Assembly (NCBI GenBank): GCA_964016885.1
Contig: OZ024741.1
Span: forward strand, 42,284,001 to 42,348,000
From: Eledone cirrhosa
Lineage: Eukaryota
Direction of reading: 5' to 3'
Length of the DNA: 64,000 nt
This document shows positions 1-15,745 of the stretch, in pieces. Positions within the stretch are counted from its first letter, which is position 1, and every line of letters begins with the position of its first letter. The notes beneath the pieces were generated by a model, which was given only the letters and a program-made list of their open reading frames with translations, did no database searches and was not told the origin of the DNA. A program made the translations under genes and the position numbers.

Positions 1-618
1 TATTAAAAATATTTAAACTATCCAATAAGGCAGTATAATATTGGCTATAGTTTAAGTCATTAAAGTTTATAAACGTTAATATTTCGTTCCAAATGTTTAC
101 AAAAAGGAATGAAAATTTTTTATTATCATATACATAACGATATCGAAAGAACTGACTTAAGCAGAATTAAGGTAGGCTAATAGGGAGAGAAATGAAGAAA
201 TGTATGGAGGATGCAAAGGGGCATAAAATATAGTCGATATACTATATTACATAATAGAAAGGAGTGTAAAAGAAGGGGGGGGGGTTAAATATAATATAAT
301 CATAGTCAATTTGGAGGGGTTGACAATAAGTTTATGTGCGCATGGGGGGGGGGGGGTTCCAAAGAAGAATCCGAATAAAGATAAAAATAAAAATAAGGAT
401 AAAATAAAATAAATAGCGTGAAATATATAATCTTATATACATTCATAAGGTGTAATAGTGAAAATTTAATGCGTAAGAAGATAGATGTGGTACAGTAGCC
501 AAAAGATTATGAGATCTAGAATGAAGAGTCATCAAAAACCAATTATAATAATGATGATAATAATAATGTTGGCAAACAAAAGGACCTAAACTAAAAAATA
601 AATAATGGAATATATCAG

Positions 619-1745
619 CTAATGGGTACAATTTGTACTACTAGAACGTTTAGGTTTATAATAAAAGTATGAATTAGAAATAGCATGGGGGCAAGAAGAG
701 AATATCTCAGACTTTCTATTAAGTAAAGATGCGCTAGAGAAGATTATAGAGTGTGTCTCGAGGATACAGAGATTACAAAACTTAGTATGTGTAGAAAGGT
801 GGTTAGAGCGTGCTACTAAACGCCAGTTAAGGCTATATGGTATATTAGCTATCTTAAGATCCCAGACATAATGTGCTAAAGAAGTAGAATTCTTAAACTT
901 AACATGCTTGAAATTAGAGATATGAGAGTTAAACCTAGTCTTAAAAGTGTTAGATGTAGAGCCTATATAAGTTCTATTAGAGGAATTAGTTATAACTTCA
1001 CAAGCATAGACAATGTTCTTAGAAAGGCAGTTACCGTTTAAAGGGCAGTTAGCACTCACTCTACAATTGCACTTCCGGGTGTTATTGGTTGACTCAAGTG
1101 GTGATGCATTACACGTAGGATTGCTATTAGATAAGGACTGTTCTGGTGGTAATGCATTGCCAGATCTGTTCAGACTAGTAGTATGTAGAGAGGAGAATCC
1201 ATCCCTAATTTTCCTATTGTTAGTGCTAGCTAAATGAGAACTAATATTAGGGTGGTAGAGAATGAAAGTTTAATAACATTTTTATTAAAAATACTATGGT
1301 ATTTATGAGAAGGGGGGAAATTTTTCTCTAAGATAGAGAAGAAAGACCTAGGGATATTAGTTGATACTTCCTGATTATATGGCGGGTTAAAATAAGTGTT
1401 TAATCGCCTTCTATTTTTATTCTTACCGACTCTACCATTATCGAATATCCCGCCATCGAGACTAGGGTTACTACAAGGATTAGTTAAATCCGCATTCCTA
1501 GAATCAGCCAAAATTTCATTAAGTCTATTACAGTTTCTACCTCCAGTAGGATCAGTAGGAGCAACATTATCAGAATAAGATCCAGCTAAATTATCACCAA
1601 TGTGTGAGCGCTCAGGGGGTTCAACTTGTTTCCTAGAGGTATTATATTCACTATTGCGGGTTCGGTGGGTTAACTTATGGGTGGGTTCAGATACACCTAT
1701 ATAATTTTTACGGTTACTATGTTTGCTACTCACATTCATGGCCAT
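619..1745 (-). pseudogene. Penelope-like (Naiad-like) ORF remnant: post-RT linker plus GIY-YIG endonuclease, one frameshift near 1248, no RT core
   Basis: ORF 1230..1745 has RRRLNTYFNPPY...NIPRSFF..FPPSHKYHSIFNKNVIKLSFSTT. Adding one C near 1248 gives TTPNISSHLA, matching the copy at 44870 (STTPNLASHIA), and runs into CNCRVSANCPLNGNCLSKNIVY..TYIGST..FKTR..H..CNLCILE..LLNRKSE..CPH. Confidence 0.85.
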
Positions 1746-1785
1746 GTTATGTGATATTATATTATTATTATTAAAAGTATATATA

Positions 1786-1950
1786 TATAGTAATAATAAT
1801 AGATTTGAAGACTAAAATCCAAAGAGGGGTCGATAAGGATAAATATATATCAGATATATAAGAACCGTAGAGCAAATATTTATTAAAATAACAGATTAAA
1901 GTTTAAGCAAAGAATCGCTGCTTTCACCCTTAACGGGATCTTCTGAAACT
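1786..1950 (-). mobile_element. PLE terminal-repeat-like family A with a degenerate HHR-like motif; other copies 42756-42865 and 43990-44220 (fold-back)
   Basis: Near-identical sequence (GATTTGAAGACTAAAATCCAAAGAGG...) in three places next to (TA)n. Minus strand reads CAGAAGA-TCCC-GTTAA-GGGT-GAAA but has no canonical NUH triplet. Confidence 0.55.
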
Positions 1951-2082
1951 AAAAAAATCAATCTGTGAACGCAGAAGTAAATATTTCGAAAAACGTTGCA
2001 ACCGAAGGAAGACAGGAAAAAAATGAAGATAATACGTCATTATGTAGTGTGGTGAGAACAATATATATATATATCTATATAT

Positions 2083-2473
2083 CTAGGGCGGGTAAAATTT
2101 CCGAGATCCATGGACGAGTTCTCTCCAGCGGTCTCTGCCCCTCATTATCGCTGCCATGTTCTGCGTCTCCAACAGACCAGTATCTGTCCTTAGGGCATCA
2201 ACATACGTTAACCTTGGTCTTCCTCTTCCAATGTGTCCATGCAGGGGCTCCCACATGAGCACTGAGTGCAGTGTTAACTCTGGATGTCGGTGAGCATATC
2301 CAGCTAACCTCAGTCTCCTCTGTGTCTCTTTTGAGCTGACTTTTGGGAGGCTCCCGTACAGCTCTGAGTCCTTCATCCTCAGTGTATACTGATTAATGTT
2401 CACAGCTATCCTCAGTATTCTCGTGTAGCACCCCTCCACCATCTGCTGTACAGGTCTGAGACTTGGACACTGA

Positions 2474-2478
<5 letters not shown>
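2083..2478 (-). mobile_element. RTE-clade LINE 3' fragment
   Basis: Translation EGCYTRILR..LYGSLP..RRLRLAGYAHRH..LMWEPLHG..GRPRLTYVD..DRWR is a typical RTE C-terminus. Flanked by TA-rich repeats. Confidence 0.8.
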
Positions 2479-2541
<63 letters not shown>

Positions 2542-2786
2542 ATATAAAATCTAAAGATGGTTAAAATTAAAAGAGTTCCATGTATTTTATTATGCGCATT
2601 TCAAAAACAAATATCATCATGGGATGATATTTGCGTTCTCATCAGATAAAATAGGGAGACATGATATGAAGCTTAAAAAACACTTGCGAGCAGTGAAGTG
2701 TTTAATCACTCCAGTCCTATAAACTGTTTAGTGCGACTTATCCGATATTTGCATTGCTTTATTCTGCTACAATAAAACTCACCTCC

Positions 2787-2891
<105 letters not shown>

Positions 2892-2914
2892 TGTGGGTGT
2901 GCGTGTGTGTGTTT

Positions 2915-3072
2915 ATCCAGGGTTCAATCGGGGGTAACCGCAGTAAGTAAGGTACTCAATACATAGCAGAGTATAAATATTTAATATAGAAATGGCTTCT
3001 ACAGGACTAGAACTGTTTCATTCGGAGGCAATGATCAGGAAAGCCCTGATGATTTCTTCCGAATGAAACACT
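2915..3072 (-). mobile_element. PLE terminal-repeat family B with HHR motif and short fold-back; other copies 17293-17418 (+) and 47668-47795 (-)
   Basis: Consensus CTGATGA-TTTC-TGCC-GAAT-GAAAC-AGTTCTA-GTC-CTGTAGAAGCC from three copies. Here the minus-strand core is CTGATCA (3032-3038), followed by an inverted CTGATGA..GAAAC (3046-3069). Confidence 0.65.
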
Positions 3073-3639
3073 TATATATATATATATATATATTCATAAT
3101 GTTTGTAACTCATCTTTCCACTTATTCTTACCCATTCCCTGGTTGTCCCAGTTTAGAAGAAATGTTTTCTACTCTAATAGATACACTTCTCGACACATAT
3201 TGCTTATAATTCTAGCAAATCGAACGAGCAGGTAATGACTATCTTTTGTTAGCTGGGTCTATCACCAGATTATATTTAAACATCATATTAGGTTTAGTAA
3301 TCACATATACATTCTCTATAATTGAGGTAGTGTTCCTGTGCAGCAAACTATCTTCAGATGAATTTTCATATCTTTCTTTTTACATTGCTCTTGAATTTCA
3401 TTGCTTCTGAGTAAAGATAGTTGATTTTAAGACTGGATGCCGTATTAGGCATACTAACTGTATCGGCATCTATATATCTGATGTCTTGTTGTTCCTCCTT
3501 TACAGTAGCAGCAACATTTACCCTCCAAGTTCTATCTGTATCTTTATAGTAATTTTCGTGTCTCTTAAATCTCGCCTCTTAATCATAAAAAAAGCCACCC
3601 AAGAAAGGAAAACGTACTTAATAATATCGAAAACAGGAC

Positions 3640-3905
3640 CACATCACCACCACTACCTCCACCCGAACCACGAACTCCACCATCACCATCATCCCCACCA
3701 GAACCAGCAGCAGCAATATCACCCGACTACCACCCAACATCCACCCGAACCACTACCTCCACCATCACCATCATCGCTACCAGAACCAGCAGCAGCAATA
3801 TCACCCGACCACTACCCCAACATCCACCCGAACCACTACCTCCAACATCACCATCATCGCCACCAGAACCAGCAGCAACAATATCACTCGACCACCACCA
3901 CGTCC
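3640..3905 (+). repeat. Three diverged ~82-bp tandem units immediately upstream of the ACA minisatellite
   Basis: ACCCGAACCAC...CCATCACCATCAT...CCAGAACCAGCAGCA(G/A)CAATATCAC recurs at ~3661, ~3743 and ~3826. Confidence 0.75.
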
Positions 3906-4000
3906 ACCACCACTACCGACAACCACAACAAACAACAACGACATCAATAACAACAACAGCAACGACGAGAACAACAAGACCAACAGCAGCAACAACAACA

Positions 4001-7000
4001 GTGACAACAACAACAGCAACAACGAAAGCAACAATAACAGCAGTAGCAACAACAACACCAACGGCAGCAACAACGACAACATCAACAACAACAGCAATAA
4101 AAACAACGACAACAACAAAACTACCAGTAACAAGAATAGTAACAACAACATCGACAACAACAGCAACACCAGTAACAACAACATCAACAACAAATGCAAC
4201 AACAACACCACCATCACAAATGACAACAACAACAGCAGCAATAACATCAACAACACTAACATCAACAACAACAACACTAACAACAACATCAAGAACACCA
4301 CCAACATCAAAAACAACATCACCAACATCAACAACAACACCACTAACACCATCAACACAACTAACAACACCACTAACAACAACACTAACAACAATATCAA
4401 CAACACCACTAACAACAACAACACCACTAACAACGAGACCACTAACAACAACAACACCACTAACAACAACACTAACAACAATATCAACAACACCACTAAC
4501 AACAACAACACAACTAAGAGCGACACCACTAACAACAACACCACGACTAACAACAACACTAACAACAATATCAACAACACCAATAACAACAACAACACCA
4601 CTAACAACGACACAATAACAACGACACCACTAACAACAACGACACCACTAACATCAACAACACCACTAACAACAACGACACCACTAACAACAACAACACC
4701 ACTAACAACAACGACACCACTACAACGACACCACTAACAACAAGGACACCACTAACAAGAAACACCACTAACAACAACGACACCACTAACAACGACACCA
4801 CTAACAACAAGGACACCACTAACAAGAAACACCACTAACAACAACGACACCACTAACAACGACACCACTAACAACAAGGACACCACTAACAAGAAACACC
4901 ACTAACAACAACGACACCACTAACATCAACAACACCATTAACAACAACGACACCACTAACAACGACACCTCTAACAACAACGACACCACTAACAAAAACA
5001 ACACTACTAACAACAACGACACCACTAGCAACAACAACACTACTAACAACAACGACACCACTAACAACAACGACACCACTAACAACGACACCTCTAACAA
5101 CAACGACACCACTAACAACAACAACACTACTAACAACAACAACACCACTAACAACAACAACACCACTAACAACAACAAAACCACTAACAACAACAACATC
5201 ACTAACAACAACGACACCACTAACAACAACAAGACCACTAACATCAACAACACCACTAACAACAACAACACCACTAATAACAACAACACCACTAACATCA
5301 ACAACACCACTAACATCAACAACACCACTAACAACAACAACACCACTAACAAAAACACCACTAACAACAACAACACCACTAACAACAACGACACAACTAA
5401 CAACAACACCACTAACAACAACACCACTAACAACAACGACACCACTAACATCAACAATACCACTAACAACAACAACACCACTAACAACAACAACACCACT
5501 AACAACGACAACACCACTAACAACAACACCACTAACAACAACGACACCACTAACAACAACACCACTAACAACAACACCACTAACAACAACGACACCACTA
5601 ACAACAACAACACCACTAACAACAACCACACCACTAACAACAATGACACCACTAACAACAACAACACCACTAACATCAACAACACCACTAACAACAACAC
5701 CAATAACAACAACGACACCACTAGCATCAACAACACCACTAACAACAACGACACCACTAACAACAACACTAATAACAACAACAACACCACTAACAACAAC
5801 ACCACTAACAACAACGACACCACTAACAACAACGACACCACTAACAACAACAACACCACTAGCAACAACAACACCACTAACAACAACACCACTAACAACA
5901 ACGACACCACTAACAACAACACCACTAGCAACAACAACACCACTAACAACAACACCACTAACAACAACGACACCACTAACAACAACAACACCACTAACAA
6001 CAACAACAACACCACTAACAACAACGACACCACTAACAACAACAACACCACTAGCAACAACAACACCACTAACAACAACACCACCAACAACAACACCACT
6101 AACAACAACGACACCACTAACAACAACAACACCACTAACAACAACAACAACACCAATAACAACAACAACACCACTAACAACAACAACACCACTAACAACA
6201 TTGACACCACTACAACAACAACACCACTAACAACAACAAAAACCACTAACAACAACAACAACAACACTAACAACAACGACACCACTAACAACAACAACAC
6301 CACTAACAACAACGACACCACTAACAACAACAACACCACTAACAACAACAACACCACTAACAACAGCACCACTAACAACAACAACACCATTAACAACAAC
6401 GACACCATTAACAACAACAACACCACCACTAACAACAACAACACCATTAACAACAACGACACCATTAACAACAACAACACCACGAACAACAACAACACCA
6501 CTAACAACAACAACAACACCACTAATAACAACAACACCACTAACAACAACGACACCACTAACAACAACAACACCACTAACAACAAGACCACTACAACAAC
6601 ACCACCACTAACAACAACACCACTAACAACAACGACACCACTAACAACAACACCACTAACAACAACGACACCACTAACAACAACGACACCACTAACCACA
6701 ACAACACCATTAACAACAACGACACCACTAACCACAACAACACCACTAACAACAACGACACCACTAACAACGACACCACTAACAACAACACCACTAACAT
6801 CGACAACACCACTAACAACAACACCGCTAACAACAACAACACCACTAACAACAACAACACCAGTAACAACAACACCACTAACAACAACAACACCACTAAC
6901 AACAACAACACCACTAACAACAACGACACCACTAACAACAACAACACCACTAACAACAACGACACCACTAACAACAACGACACAACTAACAACAACACCA

Positions 7001-10000
7001 CTAACAACAACAACACCATTAACAACAACACCACTAATAACGACACCACTAGCAACAACACCTCTAATAACAACAACACCAATAACGACAACAACACCAA
7101 TAATAAGAACAACACCACTAACAACAACAACACCAATAATAAGAACAACACCACTAACAACAACAACACCACTAACAACAACAACACCAATAATAAGAAC
7201 AACACCACTAACAACAACAACACCACTAACAACAACGACACCACTAACATCAACAACACCAATAATAAGAACAACACCACTAACAACAAAAACACCACTA
7301 ACAACAACACCAATAACAACAACAACACCAATAACAACAACAACACCACTAACAACAACAACACCACTAACAACAACAACACCAATAACAACAACAACAA
7401 CACCACTAACAACAACACCACTAACAACAACAACACGACTAACAACAACACTAACAACAATATCAACAACACCACTAACAACAACAACACCACTAACAAC
7501 GACACCACTAACAACAACACCATTAACAACATCGACACCACTAACAACGACAACACCACTAACAACAACACCACTAACAACAACGACACCACTAACAACA
7601 CGACACCACTAACAACAACGACACCACTAACAACAACGACACTACTAACAACAACAACACCACTAACAACAACACCACTAACAACAACGACACCACTAAC
7701 AACAACAACACCACTAACAACAACGACACCACTAACAACAACAACACCAATAACAACAACAACACCACTAACAACAACACCACTAACAACAACAACACCA
7801 CTAACAACAACGACACCATTAACAACAACAACACCAATAACAAGAACACCACTAACGACAACACCACTAACAATAACAACACCACTAACAACAACAACAC
7901 CAATAACAACAACACCACTAACATCAACAACACCACTAACAACAACAACACCACTAACAACAACAACACCACTAACAACAACAACGCCACTAACAACAAC
8001 ACCACTAACAACAACACCACTAACATCAACAACACCACTAACAACAACAACACCACTAATAACAACAACACCACTAACAACAACGACATCACTAACAACA
8101 ACAACACCACTAACAACAACAACACCACTAACAACAACACCACTAACAACAACACCACTAACAACAACAACACCACTAACAACCACAACACCACTAACAA
8201 CAACAACACCACTAACAACAACACCACTAACAACAACAACACCACTAACAACAACACCACTAACATCAACAACACCACTAACAACAACAACACCACTACC
8301 AACAACAACACCACTAACAACAACAACACCACTAACAATAACACCACTAACAACAACAACACCACTAACGACAAAACCACTAACAACAACAACACCACTA
8401 ACAACAACACCAATAACATCAACAACACCACTAACAACAACAACACCACTAACAACAACAACACCACTAACAACAACACCACTAACATCAAGAACATCAC
8501 TAACAACAACACCAATAACAACAACGACACCACTAGCATCAACAACACCACCAACAACAACGACACCACTAACAACAACACTAATAACAACAACAACACC
8601 ACTAACAACAACACCACTAACAACAACGACACCACTAACAACAACAACACCACTAACAACAACGACACCACTAACAACAACAACACCACTAGCAACAACA
8701 ACACCACTAACAACAACACCACTAACAACAACGACACCACTAACAACAACGACACCACTAACAACAACAACACCACTAACAACAACACCACTAACAACAA
8801 CAACACCACTAACAACAACGACACCACTAACAACAACAACACCACTAGCAACAACAACACCACTAACAACAACACCACTAACAACAACAACACCACTAAC
8901 AACAACGACACCACTAACAACAACAACACCACTAGCAACAACAACACCACTAACAACAACACCACTAACAACAACAACACCACTAACAACAACGACACCA
9001 CTAACAACAACAACACCACTAGCAACAACAACACCACTAACAACAACACCACTAACAACAACGACACCACTAACAACAACACCACTAATAACAACACCAC
9101 TAACAACAACAACACCACTAACAACAACGACACCACTAACAACAACAACACCACTAACAACAACAACACCACTAACAACAACGACACCAATAACAACAAC
9201 ACCAATAACAACAAAACCACTAACATCGACAACACCAATAACAACAACAACACCACTAACAACAACAACACCAATAACAACAACACCACTAACAACAACA
9301 CCACTAACAACAACAACACCAATAACAACAACAACACCACTAACAACAACAACACCACTAACAACAACAACACCACTAACAACATTGACACCACTAACAA
9401 CAACAACAACACTAACAACAACGACACCACTAACAACAACAACACCACTAACAACAACGACACCACTAACAACAACAACACCACTAACAACAACAACACC
9501 ACTAACAACAACAACACCACTAACAACAACACCACTAACAACAACGACACCAATAAGAACAACACCAATAACAACAACAACACCACTAACAACAACACCA
9601 CTAACAACAACAACACCACTAACAACAACGACACCATTAACAACAACAACACCACTAACAACAACGACACCACTAACAACAACACCACTAACAACAACGA
9701 CACAACTAACCACAACAACACCACTAACAACAACGACACCACTAACCACAACAACACCACTAACAACAACGACACCACTAACAACGACACCACTAACAAC
9801 AACACCACTAACATCGACAACACCACTAACAACAACAACACTAACAACAACGACACCACTAACAACAACAACACCACTAACAACAACACCACTAACAACA
9901 ACAACACCACTAACAACAACAACACCACTAACAACAACGACACCACTAACAACAACAACACCACTAACAACAACGACACCGCTAACAACAACGACACCAC

Positions 10001-13000
10001 TTACAACAACACCACTAACAACAACAACACCACTAACAACAACACCACTAACAACGACACCACTAACAACAACACCACTAATAACAACAACACCAATAAC
10101 AACAACAACACCAATAATAAGAACAACACCACTAACAACAACAACACCAATAATAAGAACAACACCACTAACAACAACAACACCACTAACAACAACGACA
10201 CCAATAATAAGAACAACACCACTAACAACAAAAACACCACTAACAACAACACCAATAACAACAACAACACCACTAACAACTACAACACCACTAACAACAA
10301 CAACACCACTAACAACAACACCACTAACAACAACAACACGACTAACAACAACACTAACAACAATATCAACAAAACCACTAACAACAACAACACCACTAAC
10401 AACAACGACACCACTAACAACAACACCACTAACAACAACAACACCACTAACAACAACAACACCACTAACAACAACACCACTAACACCAACAACACCACTA
10501 ACAACAACACCACTAACATCAACAACACCACTAACAACAACAAAACCACTAACAACAACAACACCACTAACAACAACAACACCACTAACAACAACACCAC
10601 TAACATCAACAACACCACTAACAACAACACCAATAACAACAACGACACCACTAGCATAAACAACACCACTAACAACAACGACACCACTAACAACAACACC
10701 ACTAACAACAACGACACCACTAACAACAACAACACCACTAACAACAACGACACCACTAACAACAACAACACCACTAGAAACAACAACACCACTAACAACA
10801 AAACCACTAACAACAACGACACCACTAACAACAACAACACCACTAACAACAACAACACCACTAACAACAACGACACCAATTACAACAACACCAATAACAA
10901 CAACAACACCACTAACAACAACAACACCACTAACATCGACAACACCAATAACAACAACAACACCACTAACAACAACAACACCACTAACAACAACAACACC
11001 AATAACAACAACAACACCACTAACAACAACAACACCACTAACAACAACAACACCACTAACAACATTGACACCACTAACAACAACAACAACACCACTAACA
11101 ACAACAACACCACTAACAACAACAACACCACTAACAACAACAACACCACTAACAACAACAACACCACTAACAACAACGACACCAATAACAACAACACCAA
11201 TAACAACAACAACACCACTAACAACAACACCACTAACAACAACAACACCACTAACAACAACGACACCATTAACAACAACAACACCACTAACAACAACAAC
11301 ACCACTAACAACAACAACACCACTAATAACAACAACACCATTAACAACAACGACACCACTAACAACAACACCACTAACAACAACGACACCACTAACAACA
11401 ACAACACCACTAACAACAACACCACTAACAACAACACCACCACTAACAACAACACCACTAACAACAACAACACCACTAACAACAACACCACTAATAACGA
11501 CACCACTAACAACAACACCACTAATAACAACAACACCAATAACAACAACAACACCAATAATAAGAACAACACCACTAACAACAAAAACACCACTAACAAC
11601 AACAACACCAATAACAACAACAACAACATCAATAACAAAAACAACACCACTAACAACAACAACACCACTAACAACAACAACACCAATAACAACAACAACA
11701 ACACCACTAACAACAACACCACTAACAACAACAACACGACTAACAACAACACTAACAACAATATCAACAACACCACTAACAAGAACAACACCACTAACAA
11801 CAACAACACCACTAACAACAACAACACCACTAACAACAACAACACCACTAATAACAACAACACCACTAACAACAACAACACCACTAACAACGACACCACT
11901 AACAACAACAACACCACTAACAACAACAACACCACTAATAACAACAACACCACTAACAACAACAACACCAATAACAAAAACAACACCACTAACAACAACA
12001 ACACCACTAACAACAACAACACCACTAATAACAACAACACCACTAACAACAACAACACCAATAACAAAAACAACACCACTAACAACAACAACACCACTAA
12101 CAACAACAACACCAATAACAACAACAACAACACCACTAACAACAACACCACTAACAACAACAACACGACTAACAACAACACTAACAACAATATCAACAAC
12201 ACCAATAACAACAACACCACTAACAACAACACCACTAACAACAACAACACCACTAACAACAACGACACCATTAACAACAACAACACCACTAACAACAACA
12301 ACACCACTAACAACAACAACACCACTAATAACAACAACACCACTAACAACAACAACACCACTAACAACAACAACACCACTAGCAACAACACCACTAACAA
12401 CAACGACACCACTAACAACAACACCACTAACAACAAAACACCACTAACCACAACAACACCACTAACAACAACGACACCACTAACAACAACACCACTAACA
12501 TCAACAACACCACTAACAACAACAAAACCACTAACAACAACAACACCACTAACAACAACAACACCACTAACAACAACACCACTAACATCAACAACACCAC
12601 TAACAACAACACCAATAACAACAACGACACCACTAGCATAAACAACACCACTAACAACAACGACACCACTAACAACAACACCACTAACAACAACAACACC
12701 ACTAACAACAACAACACCACTAGCAACAACAACACCACTAACAACAAAACCACTAACAACAACGACACCACTAACAACAACAACACCACTAACAACAACA
12801 ACACCACTAACAACAACGACACCAATTACAACAACACCAATAACAACAACAACACCACTAACAACAACAACACCACTAACATCGACAACACCAATAACAA
12901 CAACAACACCACTAACAACAACAACACCACTAACAACAACAACACCAATAACAACAACAACACCACTAACAACAACAACACCACTAACAACAACAACACC

Positions 13001-15745
13001 ACTAACAACATTGACACCACTAAGAACAACAACACCACTAACAACAACAACACCACTAACAACAACAACACCACTAACAACAACGACACTACTATCAACA
13101 ACAACACCACTAAGAACAACGACACCACTAACAACAACAACACCACTAACAACAACAACACCACTAACAACAACGACACCAATAACAACAACACCAATAA
13201 CAACAACAACACCACTAACAACAACACCACTAACAACAACAACACCACTAACAACAACGACACCATTAACAACAACAACACCACTAACAACAACAACACC
13301 ACTAATAACAACAACACCATTAACAACAACGACACCACTAACAACAACACCACTAACAACAACGACACCACTAACAACAACAACACCACTAACAACAACA
13401 CCACCACTAACAACAACACCACTAACAACAACAACACCACTAACAACAACACCACTAATAACGACACCACTAACAACAACACCACTAATAACAGCAACAC
13501 CAATAACAACAACAACACCAATAATCAGAACAACACCACTAACAACAAAAACACCACTAACAACAACAACACCAATAACAACAACAACAACACCAATAAC
13601 AAAAACAACACCACTAACAACAACAACACCACTAACAACAACAACACCAATAACAACAACAACAACACCACTAACAACAACACCACTAACAACAACAACA
13701 CGACTAACAACAACACTAACAACAATATCAACAACACCACTAACAAGAACAACACCACTAACAACAACAACACCACTAACAACAACAACAACAACACCAC
13801 TAATAACAACAACACCACTAACAACAACAACACCACTAACAACGACACCACTAACAACAACACCACTAACAACAACAACACCACTAGCAACAACACCACT
13901 AACAACAACGACACCACTAACAACAACACCACTAACAACAAAACACCACTAACCACAACAACACCACTAACGACAACGACACCACTAACAACGACACCAC
14001 TAACAACGACACCACTAACAGCAACACCACTAACATCGACAACACCACTAACAACAACACCACTAACAACAACGACACCACTAACAACAACAACACCACT
14101 AACAACAATACCACTAACAACAACAACACCACTAACAACAACAACACCACTAACAACAACGACACCACTAACAACAACAACACCACTAACAACAACGACA
14201 CCACTAACAACAACGACACCACTAACAACAACACCACTAACAACAACGACACCACTAACAACAACAACACCACTAACAACAACGACACCACTAACATCAA
14301 CAACACCAATAACAACAACAAAAACACCACTAACAACAACACCAATAACAACAACAACACCAATAACAACAACAACAACAACAACAATAACAACAACAAC
14401 ACCACTAACAACAATAACACCACTAACAACAACAACACCAATAACAACAACAACAACACCACTAACAACAACACCACTAACAACAACAACACGACTAACA
14501 ATAACACTAACAACAATATCAACAACACCACTAACAACGACACCACTAACAACAACACCACTAACAACATCGACACCACTAACAACAACAACACCACTAA
14601 CAACAACAACACCACTAACAACAACAACACGACTAACAACAACACTAACAACAATATCAACAATACCACTAACAACAACAACACCACTAACAACAACAAC
14701 ACCAATAACAACAACAACAACACCACTAACAACAACAACACGACTAACAACAACACTAACAACAACAACACCACTAACAACAACAACACCACTAACAACG
14801 ACACCACTAACAACAACACCACTAACAACATCGACACCACTAACAACAACACCACTAACAACAACAACACCAATAACAACAACAACAACAACAATAACAA
14901 CAACAACACCACTAACAACAACAACAACACTAACAACAACAACACCAATAACAACAACAACACTAACAACAACAACACCACTAACAACATCGACACCACT
15001 AACAACAACACCACTAACAACAACAACACCACTAACAACAACAACACCACTAACAACAACGACACCACTAACAACAACACCACTAACAACAACAACACCA
15101 CTAACAACAACAACACCACTAACAACAACAACACCACTAACAACAACGACACCACTAACAACAACGACACCACTAACAACAACAACACCACTAACAACAA
15201 CAACACCACTAACAACAACAACACCACTAACAACAACAACACCACTAACAACAACGACACCACTAACAACAACAACACCACTAACAACAACAACACCACT
15301 AACAACAACAACACCACTAACAACAACAACACCACTAACAACAACGACACCACTAACAACAACAACACCACTAACAACAACAACACCACTAACAACAACA
15401 ACACCACTAACAACAACAACACGACTAACAACAACACTAACAACAATATCAACAACACCACTAACAACAACAACACCACTAACAACGACACCACTAACAA
15501 CAACAACACGACTAACAACACTAACAACAATATCAACAACACCACTAACAACAACAACACCACTAACAACGACACCACTAACAACAACACCACTAACAAC
15601 ATCGACACCACTAACAACAACAACACCACTAACAACAACAACACCACTAACAACAACAACACCACTAACAACAACAACACCACTAACAACAACAACACCA
15701 CTAACAACAACACCAATAACAACAACAATATCACCAACAAAAAAA
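4001..15745 (+). repeat. ~11.7-kb minisatellite, unit ACACCACTA(ACA)2-4, translating as a (TPLTT/TPLTTT)n mucin-like Thr-rich domain interrupted by ~9 frameshifts and 2 stops
   Basis: Direct reading of the repeat. ORFs 4001-4618, 5643-6230, 9385-10659, 11065-12447 and 13011-13952 all give the same peptide. Unit-length variation is almost always a multiple of 3. Confidence 0.9.

Noticed and set aside
1905-1950. Family A CAGAAGA..GAAA motif as an active hammerhead
   Set aside because: U4 is changed and there is no NUH triplet or stem III, so it is kept only as HHR-like.
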